Positions 50,833 to 64,000 of a stretch of 64,000 nt of DNA are shown one piece after another (position 1 is the first letter of the stretch; the number at the start of each line of letters is the position of its first letter). A model generated the notes under the pieces. The model was given only the letters and a program-made list of their open reading frames with translations. It was not told the DNA's origin and did not search any database. This DNA comes from Paramecium tetraurelia (taxonomy: Eukaryota): the NCBI GenBank assembly GCA_000165425.1, contig CT868657.1:124001-188000 (forward strand), written 5' to 3'. The position numbers were made by a program, and so were the translations under genes.

Positions 50833-53028
50833 ATGGATGAAATTCATTTGAATGAGGTGGTGGCGATGATATAGTCCATTAATAAAAGCGAAATTCTATC
50901 TGTTATATTAATCATTTTCATTTATTTTCCATTAAACAATAAGAAGATTATTCTATGATTCTCATTCATTAAATTATAGATGATATATTTAATTGAATAA
51001 AATTATATGTAATCGCAAAGCCAAACTAGGAGTGATTGATGATTATAAATAATACATCAATTTTAATAGTAAATAATCAAAAAGAAGAAACTACTTAATT
51101 TTATGATGATATCATTCAAATCTTAGATAATAACAATTAAGTAATAGAATCGGTTAATTTTCATTTGAAATAATAGCTTATTTAAACTTAATTGAAAGAA
51201 CAATATAAAATATTAAATGTAAATACATTGGTGGGTTATATTAATAATCAGCCTTTGCTTAATAGTAATACTATTTTTTGTCGTTAAAGGAATAAGGAAA
51301 TTATTAGGGACAAGAAATCTTTATAAAAAAGGACATTCATAGAATCTAAAACATCATAATAATGTTTCTATTAAATCCAAATAAGAACCGTAATTAGAAG
51401 TTTATGTATTAGACGAAGCCATTTAGAATACTTTATCAGTTGTTAGCAATTTATATAAGGAAGAAAGAGTTTTAAATAAAAATAAGGAGGAAAAAAGTCT
51501 TGAGGGTTAAGGTAAAAGCGAAATGGAGGACGACTTAAATTCAGATAGAAGTCAAAATCAAAAGCTTATTTAATAGAATATTAAATTTTATTCCGGTGAA
51601 AGTAAGAATGAAAATAATCTCATTAATAATTAAGATATAGACAAGTAAAATAATGATGCTCAATAATTTGAAGCTGAGTAGAATTTAAAAGAAAATTAAA
51701 TTAACTTAAAAAATAATAGTTAAGCTATAGAGATTGAAATAAGCAAGCTATAGGGCCAAGATAACAAAAGTTTAAATACTAATAGGGGAAAATTGAGCAA
51801 ATAGATATCACAGAAAGATTTTCAGAGTTAAGATATATCATGCAGCGAATTTAGTTCAACTAAACATCTTACTTTATTGAAAGACCTTTAAATGAAAAAG
51901 TAGATAAGCTAGGAGGCAGAGAGCTAAAGTCCTTAAAAATCAATTGTCATTTAAATAACTCCTACTGATAATCAAAATTAATAGAAGTATAAATTCATAA
52001 GAGTTAATAAGAACAAACTTATGTATGTCGAGGATAGATATAATTATTATACTGGTCTTGCTTTCTATTACAAAGTATAGTATGATAAGGAATATAATCC
52101 AAAGTTTGAAATATACGAAGGATAGTTTGATAAAGGTAAGAAATCAGGCAAAGGTATACTATATGGAGGAAAGTCTAAGTTTATTAATTATGATGGAGAT
52201 TGGAAAGATGACTAATAGCATAAAGAAATACAAGAATAAAAATAAGAATAAGAAGGAGATGTAAAAATAGAGATAGAGTAAATAGTAAAGCCAAAGAAAA
52301 AAATATAAATTTTTGAAGAAGGAAAACTCATTTAAATTGATAAGAAAAACCAAAATTAAATACCCTTTGATTAATAAACCTAATGGGTTAAGTTTAACCA
52401 ATAATATTGTACGAAAGATATGGAGATTTTGAAAAAGGAGACAGTATGGTTTACAAGTTCAATAATAGATGGACTTGTTGAATACTTAAATATTTAGATG
52501 GAAAATTAATTAATAAACTTCCTTAAAAAAGATGTGAAAAGGTATCTATTTTGTCCTAGTTATCTTTACACTAATATGTCATAAGATAGGATCTAAAATA
52601 ATTTAATTATTTTCTAAAACCATATTTTGGAGTTTGAACCAATAGATTTCAATCTTACGCCTTTATTTTAAAGAGTGTACTTTGCTATCAACAAAAGTAA
52701 GAGTCACTTTTTCTTATTATATATTGATTTCCCTTCGAAATCCTTAAATATTGTAGATTCTATATAAAAAAAAGAAAATGCCTATTCAACTGAAATTAAG
52801 ATCTTTCAGAACATTTTCTAATAGCAAATAACTTCTACAAACTTCATATCCTGCACATAATAAAGAAATGGTTACGATTGTGGACCATATACTTGTCTTA
52901 ATATGTATTAAGATTTTTATAAATTAATGCAAGTGGCATATCCAAAAAATAAGTAATAAACAATAAATAACCCATTAGAAATGAGGTAATTTTTATTTGA
53001 TATTTTAAAGAATAATGATAATAAATGA
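50833..53028 (+). CDS. Ulp1/SENP-family (C48) protease with upstream MORN-like repeats
   Basis: YEGQFDKGKKSGKGILY...YDGDWKD, then WFTSSIIDGLVEYL...INKSKSHFFLLYID...IVDS...QQRNGYDCGPYTC. His/Asp/Gln/Cys residues present. Confidence 0.85.
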
Positions 53029-53496
53029 ATTAAAAAATAATAGAATTTATCAATAACTGAATGAATATTTAATTATATTTTAATCTTATAGTGATCTCAA
53101 AAATATAAAAAGTAATAACCTTTATTTTAAAGAAATAATATTTTTCATATATAATTAGTTAACTTAATTAAAATGCACCCAATTGATATGAAATGGTATC
53201 TATATTATATCTATTTTAAATGTCCTTTTCATAAGTGAAAAATTAGTATTCCTGATTTTCTGAGTATTCTACTTAAATAATTTTAATACTATTTTACACT
53301 AACATAATTCTTAACTAATTTTCACCCTTCGAGTAAAACAAGGGTATAGAGTTCCATTCAAAAAATTATTTAAGGTTCTGAGATGCTTTATTATTAAGTC
53401 CTTGTGTTAATACGATGACTTCTAATATTAGCATTTTTCTTTTGATTCTCATTATTACTAACGTATTATAATATAATTAATATATAATTTTGAATA

Positions 53497-55564
53497 ATGG
53501 ATGAAACGATCTTATCAAAATAAAACAACTATCCTGGTTGTTATATTAAGTAAGATTTAAAGGAGGCTGATGAAGAACACCGAAATCATAAAGAGTTAAA
53601 AGACAAGAAATACGGCTTTTATTTTTTATTGTTTTAAGGATTAGTTTATACAATTACAATCATCAGTTTTGGATTTGGGAATCCAGATCAATTAGGCAAG
53701 CCCTATGATTCCGATTGTATTCTAATCCACTTTATAAGTTAATAGAGAAAGTGTGTGGAGTTGATGTTGGATTGGAATAATACAAATTTATATACTTTAC
53801 AAATCCATCAGATTAGAAGCATTTAGGCAGAACAGTGTGCGTTAAGGAATGTCCAGTTTTGGAAGAAGATCACAACGAAGATGGTTCTATATTCATTCAT
53901 ACATTAGAATCATTGGCTTTGCAGTGCTATCCAAACAATGCTATAAATTCATGCAGAAATAGACCATCGATTGATGATCCAAACTACTCAATGATTTACT
54001 ATGATTCAGTGCCATTTATAGATGTCTGCCTCCCAAGGAAATCTAATTATTTCCACAATATCCAACATGGATTAGATTAATCAGAGATTATTAGCTTTTT
54101 ATCAGATATGAGTAGCGGAAGAGCTATTATACTTGCTTCCCTGGCACTCTGTTTATTGCTAAAGTAATATTTGAGGAACTAATAAATCTAGTTAATTATT
54201 CTACTTTATGATGATCAAACTATAAAAGACATCCATTTGGGTGATTTCAATCACATCAATATTTGCTCTATTTATATCAGGGGTGTTAGGTCTGTTTTAT
54301 TATTTAAAACAATACTAGTACTCTGAGCAAGAGATAACAACAGCCAAAATAACAAAGGAATAAGCAATAGGTATGATTTAAGTGTAGGAATCCAATATAA
54401 CTATTATTCTGATCTCCAGTGCATTCTTCCTATTATGTGGTGTTTACTTTTTGATTGATCTGATAGTAAATCGAAAGAGGTACAAGACTATGGGTGTGAA
54501 GATTTCAATAGTCAACTATTTTTTTGATTTTTCATCATCAGGAATTAGATAACAGGAAGGCTAAACTTCAAGATTCAGAGAAATGTTGATATTATTGATG
54601 GGTAGTGCAGGTTGCTTGTTGGTTTTCTGCGCATTATGGATTTGGATGGCAACGTAATATCAATTAATAATATTTTCAATAGGAATCTGTTTTCTATAGG
54701 AAAAGCAGTATAAGGATATTACCCCTTTAATACTTATTAGTTGAATTGGACAACTTACCTTATGGGATTTATTCATATTTTTGAATTGGTAGTTGTGACT
54801 CTAGCAATTTTAGGAAGCGAGTAGATGCTATTGATTGGCAAGGTAGTTGAGGTGTACAAACATATGGGAATATAGAGATTGAAAATAGATTCTCAAGATC
54901 CAGAATAATCTTTGATGGACATATTGGAGATTTATGCTTTCAATAACTTTGGTTCCGTAGTGTTTGGAGAGGTAATCATCTTTTTATTGATGATTCCAAG
55001 ACTATTCATTAAGATATACGTGTGGATCAGTTTGAAGTATGACGCTGAGTTCGAAATACCATCTTTTTTTTAATAGATATTGTGCATAAATGACAGAGCC
55101 TATTTACTGGCTTATTTAAGAAATGATGAATTCCTATTGAGTGCTAAATCTCAATATGTTTTTGATAAAAGGTTGAAAGAAACAACAGATGTTCAATATC
55201 ATGGTGAATAGTTGTCAGTCACTTACTGCTTTGCTGTTGCTAATCTATGTGTTTCATTAACTTACATCTTAATCATCACTACAAGTACGAAGATAGGAAT
55301 TCATTAGCCAGTTTATTTTCTTTTGGTTTCATTCATTTTTTCTTATTTCGTAATTATAGATTCAAATTTGCTTAGATATCTATGATGTTTTCAACAGTCT
55401 ATGGGGCAACCATAGATAATTTGACTATTTTGTTATACAGAGACACCACACCTGATGGTCAAGAAGTCGGAACATGCGTAAGAAATGTAGTAAGATTGAT
55501 GAAAGAATCAGAATTAGATGGCTAGACTCATTAACAATAACAATAACATGAAGTATAAGATTGA
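53497..55564 (+). CDS. Choline transporter-like (CTL/SLC44) family membrane protein, divergent
   Basis: TM1 then GNPDQLGKPYDSD...CG...YKFIYFTNP...TVCVKECP, multiple TMs, NFGSVVFG and INDRAYLLAYL resemble CTL motifs. Confidence 0.8.
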
Positions 55565-55610
55565 ATAACTATTGCAATACAGTATCTAAAATACAACAAA
55601 TAATAAACAA

Positions 55611-57195
55611 TCAATTATTTTCTTCCTCTTGCTATCCTCCCTCTTCCATATCCTCTTTGTCTTCTTGTTCCATCTTTTAGATCTCCTCTCTTTCCTTCAT
55701 ACACAGATCATCAGTATTTTTTGAAGTGCACTATGAAATAAATGATAGATCATACATCCTCAACTTTGGGTCTTTATTCTGGAGCCACTCTATTGCTAAA
55801 GTGACTGACAATCTATTAACTCTCTTGCATATCCCAAACAAATAATTCCCCTTGACTAGATCCACATCCATAAGTCCATGGAGAATCTTAATAGAATTGA
55901 CCACAATAAAGTGATTCCTAAATTCATAGATTAAAATCTTACTAATTTTGGGTTGTATGAACTTATCAATTGTAATTAACCATTCTTTATTGGAGCATCT
56001 GTGTCATAAACTCTTATCTTTCCATCCAAACAAGTAGTAGCCAATAATCCTGGCACTCCAGAACTCATGTGTACACTGCTGAGTGCCTTTTTATTTACAT
56101 TGAAATTAGCTAATGGTTATTCACTTATTTTTCTAGCATCTAACAATATTAAATTTCCATCCTCAGTAGAATAAGCTATCTAATATCCCTTAATAGGATC
56201 CCAACAGGCACTTTCCAAAACTCCTAACATTTTATGTTAATGAATTGAATCTGGTGATCTAGCATCGAATAAACAAAGCTTTCCATCCTCACCTCCTGAT
56301 AATATTACACTTTCCTCTTTTGTATTGAATTTAGAGATTTAAACTTTATCTTTATGATGATTGTAAGTAAACACACATTTCTACAACATCAAATCCCATA
56401 ATTTAACTGAATGATCAGCTGATCCTGATAATAGGATGTTGGGCTTAAATGAATTCAATGACAAACTCAAGACTGAATCTGTGTGACTGTCAGGCTTATA
56501 TGATTTCTTATTCTATTTCTTAAGGTTTTTCACTTTCTTATAATTCTACTCAATCTCTCCTCCCAAGACCATGGATGGTTCCAATACATTGACTACATCT
56601 AAATTCCAAATTTCAATTTCAGGCAAAAATGATGACACTATTGCATAATTTCCCTTGACTGCTGATGTGCTCTCGACTTAACCTGGTTAGATTGGTAACC
56701 ATTCGACTGCCAAAGGAAATGCTGACAACTAAATCTCGTGATGCACAAATAAATTGGCTTTCTCTTCCTCATAGATATACACTTCCAATGAAGAAAACTC
56801 GTTTTCCTAAAATTTAGCATTCATTTATTTGATACGATCTTGGCTGCTATAACCAAAGCATCTGAAGATTTGATTTAGTAATCCTCCTTCTCTTCATCAC
56901 TCAAATCCTCTATTGCCACTGGATATCCATCTTCTGGCATTTACTATTTCCCATGCATTTCCAAATCCTAACAAAATACTGGGAGATTGTCTTCACTCGA
57001 ATCTTCGTCTTACTCTTGTATTTTACCCAAATCTTATGTCAAACTAAATCTTAATTAAATCTCTTACTTCTTATTTATTAGTTTTTCTTGCTTCATCTAG
57101 TTGATCTCCTACTCATCTAAGTCGAATTCTTTGGGCTGCTTTATTGCATACCCTCTTGAAACCCAAGCTATAGCTGAAATTAGATTTTATGCCAT
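55611..57195 (-). CDS. PWP1: Periodic tryptophan protein 1 (WD40)
   Basis: MAQNLISAIAWVSRGYA...LEVYIYEEE..NLFVHHEI.L.AFPL..EW...GNYAIVSSFLPEIEIWNLDVVNVLEP...HTDSVLSL...LLSGSADHSVKLWD. Confidence 0.93.
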
Positions 57196-57223
57196 AAATT
57201 ATAAATTTTTATTATTGTATAAA

Positions 57224-57732
57224 TCAAATGTCATTACTCATTCTCATTAATCCCTTTTTAATTTAATAATGTTCATAGCTGCTCTTGCAACAAGGCATCG
57301 AGGAATCCAACAGCATCGCCTTCTCGATGTCATGCAAAGCTTATATGTATTTTCCATTCTTCAAGTATAAATTGGATCTCTTTTTAAAAGCATCTGAATC
57401 AGCCTCATTCTTTTCAATATATTTTGTTAACTAGACTTCTGCTTAACCAAATTGGTTTTAAGATATCAAATTGTCCATTTCTTTCATGAATAAATCCCTA
57501 TCTTACACATTCCCCCCGTCCTGCATCAGTTACTTGTAATATTTAACTATTTAATTATTCTAACAATCTGAGTTGATTATTAATCTTAAATCATGAACTC
57601 TAATATTCTGCACCTTCTTTTGAGTATTTTAATTAAACAACCATATTGACCTACAAAAAACCAACTATCAATGTCACTCACAAAATAGTGTCTTACATTC
57701 ATAACCGTATATTATTATTATATGTACCACAT
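57224..57732 (-). CDS. Small TPR-containing protein (5' end uncertain)
   Basis: QNQFGQAEVQLTKYIEKNEADSDAFKKRSNLYLKNGKYIQALHDIEKAMLLDS is a TPR pair. Start and 5' intron are ambiguous. Confidence 0.7.
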
Positions 57733-57788
57733 ACTTTTAAAATATCATTTACGATATATAATACATTATATAACATAATAAATAAAAT

Positions 57789-58520
57789 ATGATTAATAAA
57801 TTATTATAATATAGATTTATGTAGCAACTCAACAAAATATCGTATTTAAACTAGATACAATCACAATAATTTGATGTTGAATTGATGTCTGAGGAGGTAG
57901 GCTTCACTTTGGATTAATTAATGGAATTGGCAGGGTAAAGCATTGCAAATACAGTGGTTTAATTGAATAAGGAAGGAAAATCTTATAATAAAATTTTAGT
58001 TTTGTGTGGGCCAGGAAATAATGGAGGTGATGGTATTGTGTCAGCTAGACATTTAAAATAGTTTGGACTTCAACCTGAAATAGCCTTATTTAGAGAAGTG
58101 AAAAATCCATTTTTTAATAGATTGCTCAATCAATGTAAATACAATTTGATACCAATTCATTATGAATTGCAAGATCTTGAGAAATATGATTTGTTAATCG
58201 ATGCTATTCTGGGATTCTCATTCAAACCTCCCCTCAGAGAACCATATGACAAACCTATTTAATAATTAAAGACCACAAAGACTCCAATATTGTCAGTAGA
58301 CATCCCTTCTGGTTGGGATGTGGAGTAAGGAAATGCTCAGGATTTCTTTACTCCTTAATATTTAATTTCATTAACCCTTCCCAAGTTAGGAGTAAAGAGT
58401 TTTAAGGGGAGACATTTTATCGGTGGAAGATTCATTCCTTTAAAACTTTAAGAAAAATATAATTTTATTGTACCAGAATACCAAGGAAGTGACACTATTT
58501 TAGAATTATCAAATTTATGA
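57789..58520 (+). CDS. NAXE: NAD(P)H-hydrate epimerase (YjeF-N / AIBP)
   Basis: [84 protein letters not shown]. Intronless, 732 nt. Confidence 0.95.
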
Positions 58521-58536
58521 TAGTGATATTAAAAGT

Positions 58537-60040
58537 TCATAATTTTAAATCTAAAATATTGGACTTTAATTTTAGATCCTCTTGAAAATAGGCAGTCTCA
58601 CAATACATTGATAAATTGCTATTTTCTTTATCTTATTGTGACTTTCTAGTGTTGTAAACATAAGTAGACAATGTATTGGCTGTAGCCTTCAATTTTGGTT
58701 CTGACTTCACAGAAACTATTGATTAGTGCTTATTAGTCTATTTGCTTTAAATATTATTTTAAGATCTCATATTGATGCTGGGTTTAAATGTTAGATCCTT
58801 ATCTACTTCCTATTTAATGTGATAAATGTGTCTCTTCTTTTTATCCACATGACTTTTCATTCTTTCATAAAGTGATTCATTATTTTAAATTGATGATTGA
58901 TCTTTAGTTTTATTAATGGTTTACTTTTGTTGGCTATCATCGAAAAGGTTCTTCTTTGATTTAGTAGATAACATATATAATCTATCAAAAGCAGGTTATT
59001 GATTTGGTGAAAAGTTTAAAGTAGTATTGATTTTAGGTTTGAAAGTACATTGTTCCAACTCCTTGGTTTCTTTGTCCAGACGTTAAAATGCTTGCACTTA
59101 TTATTTTTCTGCAGATTCATTATGCAATCTCTTAAAGACTAGAGGATAATTTGGAATATTAATACTGTCATCGCCACTTCTATTTAATTGTCGATTTGAA
59201 ATCTAGGGTTTAAATGTGCACTCCTATAATTCCTTTTATTCTCGAACAGGAGCATAACTTTGTTTTAGATTACTTCTTGAAATGGATTCTTAAAACAATC
59301 TATCAAAAATGTGTTGTTATCTTTAAAATTAAGTGAGTAATATACTTATTATCTGCAGTTTAGAAATTAGAAATGGATTCTTGTTTATTAATTGATGGCG
59401 TAAAAGTGCATTAACTAATTTCTTATTTTTATTTAATTTCAGAGAAGTCATTTTTACTAATTAGTTATGTTTTATAGAGTCGATCGAAAACTTCAATTTC
59501 ATTCTTTCTGATTGCTTCAACATTGACTTACGGTTTGAATGTGCATTCCTTTAATTCTAGTTGTTATTTTTCTTATTCAAATTAGCCTCTATGTCAGTTA
59601 TTATAATTATACTTTTTCACTTTCTAAATTATTCCATCCATGTAGAGTCTCTCACAAGTATCATTTAGACCCATTTAACTTAAGGCCTTTTTATTGATTG
59701 GTGATTGATAGGATTATTATTCACTAATAGTAGATTTTTAAGAATTTCGAATTTTATTTGGGCTAAATTACATCTTTTTGCTTTTTTAATATGCTTTAAG
59801 GGTTTTGAATGGTTTTCGAAGTGCTATTTTGGTTAGGATGGTTAATAGATTTGCTGGATTCTTCTTTTTGGTTTGTTGCATTTTCCAACTATCATATAAT
59901 CTTAATGCCATATCAAAGGAATCTGAGGCAGATAGATTCTTCAAATAATCAGACAGGGAAAACAAGATGTTATTGTTTGAGATCGAATACTTATTAACAA
60001 TGATCCCGATGTCAACTAGATGGTCAATAAATAATGGCAT
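58537..60040 (-). CDS. Hypothetical protein with repeated ECTFKP-x-I / V-F-x-R-L motifs
   Basis: MPLFIDHLVDIG... At least four CTF(K/T)P repeats, each followed by a (V/I/A)F(D/K)RL motif. Ends ILDLKL-TGA. Confidence 0.78.
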
Positions 60041-60056
60041 TTAATTAAAATTATAA

Positions 60057-61569
60057 TCATTATTTGAGCATATTCATGAAGTTTTAACGTCTTAACTCTA
60101 AATACAATTTTCTATCCTTCTTGCCTTTCATCAATCTTGCAATCACTTTACAAGCCAAGAATTTTTCAATCTCATTATCATATTATTATTATTACTTGTT
60201 TCTATTTTCCTTGAGTTTTTCAATAATCTATTAAGCATAATGTTCTTTGGTATCCAAATCCTAATGATATTAAAATTCCTATTACATCGATGATGTGTAA
60301 TTATTAATCAATTTTTTCTTATAATTGTTGCAATGTTAGACGAGCCAAAGCCAACTGCTCTTTCCTCTGCATATTAAGATCAATCATGAGTTTTTCCTTC
60401 TCCTTTGATTCTTACATTAAACTGTGTAACTAGGCAGAAGCAGGATCATTTTATATGATATTCTTTTCGAGTTCCTCCCTCATTCCTACCAACTCCTATT
60501 TTCTTTCTTTGGCATTTTTTGGTCTATACATAAATTTCTTTCTTTTCTTAGAGTTTTAGGTTAAAGTGCTTTTGGAGTCTGTATTAGTTTTATGTTAATT
60601 TAATTATTTTTTGTTCACAACTTCTAAAGGTTTCTATAACTACTTTTCTTTATCCTTCTCATCAATACCAGGAATCCTGCCCTCATCATATGCTTCAAAT
60701 CCATCATTTCCATAATCATCATCCTCCTATTGAATTGGCTACTTTATGTGTTGATCCTCATCCTCAAAATCATTGCCATAATCATCTTCTTGCTCTGTTG
60801 TCCTTACTATTTCTTATTCAACCTTATGATTCTATCTTAACTACTCTAACTTCATTTGTTTTTATTGAATTTCAATTTATTATTGCCTCAGAATTTGTTC
60901 TTTAGGAGTTGATGCATTCTAAGTCTTTACTTTTTAGAGAAACTATTCCCTGTTAGATTATTCAGCTGTTTGCAGTCTTTTATTTTTTTCTTGTAATTAG
61001 AAAGCCTCTTTAATATAAAATTGCCCATCAATTTCGTCTTCCCAATCAAAAAGACCATAGACTTCCTTTTTAACAGGTTAGTCTATGGCCTTGAGTTGTA
61101 GGGGCTTATTATTGATGTTCTGTTCTTTTGTATTATTGATGTTCTGTTCTTTTGGTGTTTATTTTTTACATACATTGGAACTATTAGGTTATTTAGGGAG
61201 TTATACATCTGAACCAGAAATCAATAAATTAGATTGAATCACAGGAATAGTTTCAGATATATAGGTTTATCCAAGCGTAATCGCATTTGAAGTATTTTTG
61301 GATGTTGCTTATGGCTTAGGTATGATTTGAGGGGGTTCTTTTTTTTTTAAGTATTTGTGTTTCTCTTGATGAGTCTTCCCCTTCTTTGCCTAGGCACTCA
61401 TAGGCCTTTGGGGAATCAATTTTGGAATTTGATTCTTCTACATCTCTTCAAACTTTCTCACATGATACATGTGATCCCTCATTTGATCCATGAATTCTCT
61501 AGTGTAATTCGGGATCTATTCATTATCGAATTTGACTTCGCTAAAATCTAAATTTATTAAAGGTTTCAT
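60057..61569 (-). CDS. Hypothetical protein with acidic region, coiled coil and a degenerate C-terminal IQ-like motif
   Basis: MKPLINLDFSEVKFDNEQ... C-terminal ACKVIARLMKGKKDRKLY. Stop 60059-60057. Confidence 0.75.
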
Positions 61570-61791
61570 AACTTATTTTATATTTATTTTGTATATAATA
61601 TCAAATACAGTTATATTTTATTATACACTTAAAAGTTATTATGTGGATCATTGCTCAACAATTGAAGGGATATATGGAGATCCCCATAAATCAAAATATT
61701 AACTTGTTATAAATTTAATTTGCGCTTATATTTCTTTGAATTTAATGATAAAGTAATTTTATTAACATATATTATTAAAATTTATTTGCAA

Positions 61792-63434
61792 ATGAATTAA
61801 CAATTAGATGACTCAAAGGAGAGTGTTTAATCGTAATCTATGGAGAGATATCTACAAGCAGAATCAGTGGGCAATTCTCTCTCTCCTTAAAGATTAGTAT
61901 AGACATCAAGGAATCCTCAAGTTGGAGCCTCAATATTAAAATTATAGAATGGGAAGTATAGCAACCAATCAAATGTATTCAAAGATGCACTCAATAAAAA
62001 GAAGACTGAATTGCATAAGAAATCGCAAAAGCCTATTGCTGAGGCTCCTAAGTATGAAATTGCAATCAAGTAAAAATAACCCAAAAGTATTTACCATGAT
62101 CATTTTAGAAATGGACAAGGTGCATCAAAACATCAAGAATGTCCAATTAAAGGCAGAGGAAGTGAAGAAGAAGAGAGAGGAGGAAAAACAAAAGGAAGAG
62201 AAAATGAAATAGAGCAAAGCAGAACATGCTTAGGAGGATCTCGATGAAGGTAATCATAACACCTAAATCTAAGTGTTTTAAGAAACAGTGAACAGATTGT
62301 ACAATTATGAGAAATAGAGATTGAAATAGTTGAATAAAATGGTGGAAGAAGAGAAAAACAAAGATAAATTAATTATGAGTGCAAGACCCATGATAAATGA
62401 ACGCAGTTGTAAATTGTTGGAAAGAAAACTAAAACAACTAGTGGATGAAGAGGAGGATTACAAAATGATATATTAGTTTAAAGATGCAGATGTTTAGGTC
62501 GATCTCTTACCCAATTTACCTAAATTGAAAGATTATCTATAAATAAAGTATCATCTAATTATAATCAATAGTGCTAAAAAGACAATCAATGTGGGATAGG
62601 AAATACAAATCATTAAAGAGGAGAACATCATGGAACCAGTTGATCCAGCAGAGGATGTCTAATATAAAGAGGGCTCATGTCATGCAATTGTATAAACTAA
62701 TGAAATCAAATTTAAAATTGGAGATACCATCAAAAAGTAACAGTTATAGTAACCACCCCAATAACAATAATAATAATAAACGACATAATTTGCAACTCAG
62801 GATACTCCCAATAAAAAGGTATAAAATCAAAGACAAAAACGTTTGGACTTCATGGAAGCACAAGGACAACGAGTTAAGACTGAATGTTAGTATTATGTGC
62901 CATTACACATTCGTTAATCAAAAGTCATTTAAAAAAAAGAAGAGTGGGTCAGGTCGTAGATTGAACTCAAAAAGTAAAAGGAAGAGGAATCCATTAGGGT
63001 AGAGTAGGAATAGTGGGAGAAGGAGAAGTAGAAGTGGTCTAAAAAGAAGGATCCAAATAAGTCGATGCAATAGGAAATTAATGTTGAAGAATTCGCCAAC
63101 TCTTAAATTCATTGGTTAGAAAAGAGAAATGAACACATTTTAACTGAGTAGATGAAAAAGGACAAGGACATGTTATCATCATTGACCTTTAGACCTTAAA
63201 TACAAAAGAAAAATATTGAGAACTATAATTCTCTCAAAGTAGAAGATAGATTACTTGAGTATCAATAAAAAAAACAAGAAAATCTACAGAAATTAGAGAA
63301 TAAATACTTACCTACTTTTCAACCAAATATAAACTAAAAATCTGTATATATTACTTTATTATCTCTAGATGTTTACTATGGATTGGGCATCAAAAAGCTT
63401 CAATAGTACTTCGAACAACAAATTATGGCAATGA
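61792..63434 (+). CDS. Hypothetical charged protein with TFxP-x-I / V-x-D-R-L motifs
   Basis: MNQQLDDSKES..., ETVNRLYNYE, LTFRPQIQK...KVEDRLLEY...PTFQPNIN. Ends NNKLWQ-TGA. Confidence 0.75.
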
Positions 63435-63641
63435 TTGTATATATTTTTATTTCATTTTAACTACAAACCATTAATTAATTATTTTTAAATCATTAACTAG
63501 CCTTTTTAATAATCATATATATATCTATAGCGAAATAATTAAACTAATAATTTATATGATATATTATCGACTGATGGGGGATAATTTAAATTATTTTCTT
63601 AAGGATTTTAATTTAAGATATTACTTAATAATATTATTCAG

Positions 63642-64000
63642 ATGAAGTTCATGTGTCTACTCATTTTGTTGATCACTGTTATAGTCAATGCAAACAGGAT
63701 ATACCAAGAATAGCCACTTAATCAATCCAATTATTTTAGGGATCAAGATATCGCTATCAACGTCAAATATACTCATTATAAATTTGTGAGTTAACAAGTT
63801 GAATCAAGAAAGCATATGATAGTAAATTCTAAATCGCCTGGGAATCAAGAATTGATTACATTATTCTATAAATTATTAACTCTATAAGTCTGAAAAAAAC
63901 AGAAGTAGCTTGTCTACTTTATATATTTACTACTATTACAAACACGATTACATTGAATATTCAATGTCTAGATAACACCTACATTCTTCTTTCCAAATCT
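63642..64000 (+). CDS. Secreted or membrane protein, 5' part only (runs off window)
   Basis: Signal peptide MKFMCLLILLITVIVNA followed by an open frame in code 6. Confidence 0.7.

Noticed and set aside
53040..53452. Minus-strand open frame starting MRIKRKMLILEVIV
   Set aside because: With a single stop codon, frames of this length occur by chance. It has no motif and runs into the Ulp1 gene without a clean stop.
61109..61154. 24-nt unit tandem duplication
   Set aside because: Simple in-frame slippage duplication (8 aa) in a low-complexity coding region.
1..64000. Supplied ORF track taken as the gene set
   Set aside because: Computed with TAA/TAG as stops and without introns. Most entries are antisense or off-frame shadows (e.g. 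3966-4202, 25024-25483, 52159-52401) or exon fragments.
1..64000. Prokaryotic systems, CRISPR arrays, transposases, rRNA/tRNA genes, telomeric repeats
   Set aside because: No repeat-spacer array, transposase or RT motifs, tRNA cloverleaf, rRNA-like block or C4A2/C3A3 tract seen by eye. The DNA is ciliate macronuclear-type.

Overview
AT-rich, gene-dense eukaryotic DNA from a ciliate macronuclear chromosome, most likely Paramecium. Long frames open only with genetic code 6 (TAA/TAG=Gln, TGA=stop), genes are split by ~20-32 nt GT..AG introns, and some intergenic gaps are only 13-51 nt. The supplied standard-code ORF track is therefore mostly exon fragments or spurious frames. I can support about 32 protein-coding genes and several pseudogene fragments. 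Recognisable products: two paralogous Myb factors, a Cys->Ser dual-specificity pseudophosphatase, a bromodomain+ET protein, an MFS transporter, a giant Cys-repeat secreted protein, a MORN protein, p24/GOLD, a pore-degenerate CNBD channel-like protein, Spt5 without CTR, Efg1, RSP3, a MORN+Ulp1 protease, a CTL/SLC44-like protein, PWP1 and NAXE. The most unusual structure is a repeated [MORN gene -> 117-aa unknown gene] cassette. It includes a ~1 kb near-identical inverted duplication (29883-30895 / 46485-47496) bracketing ~15.6 kb, with a chimeric pseudogene suggesting an inversion or a misassembly. All coordinates and translations were derived by hand, no database search was run, and exon structures are predictions.
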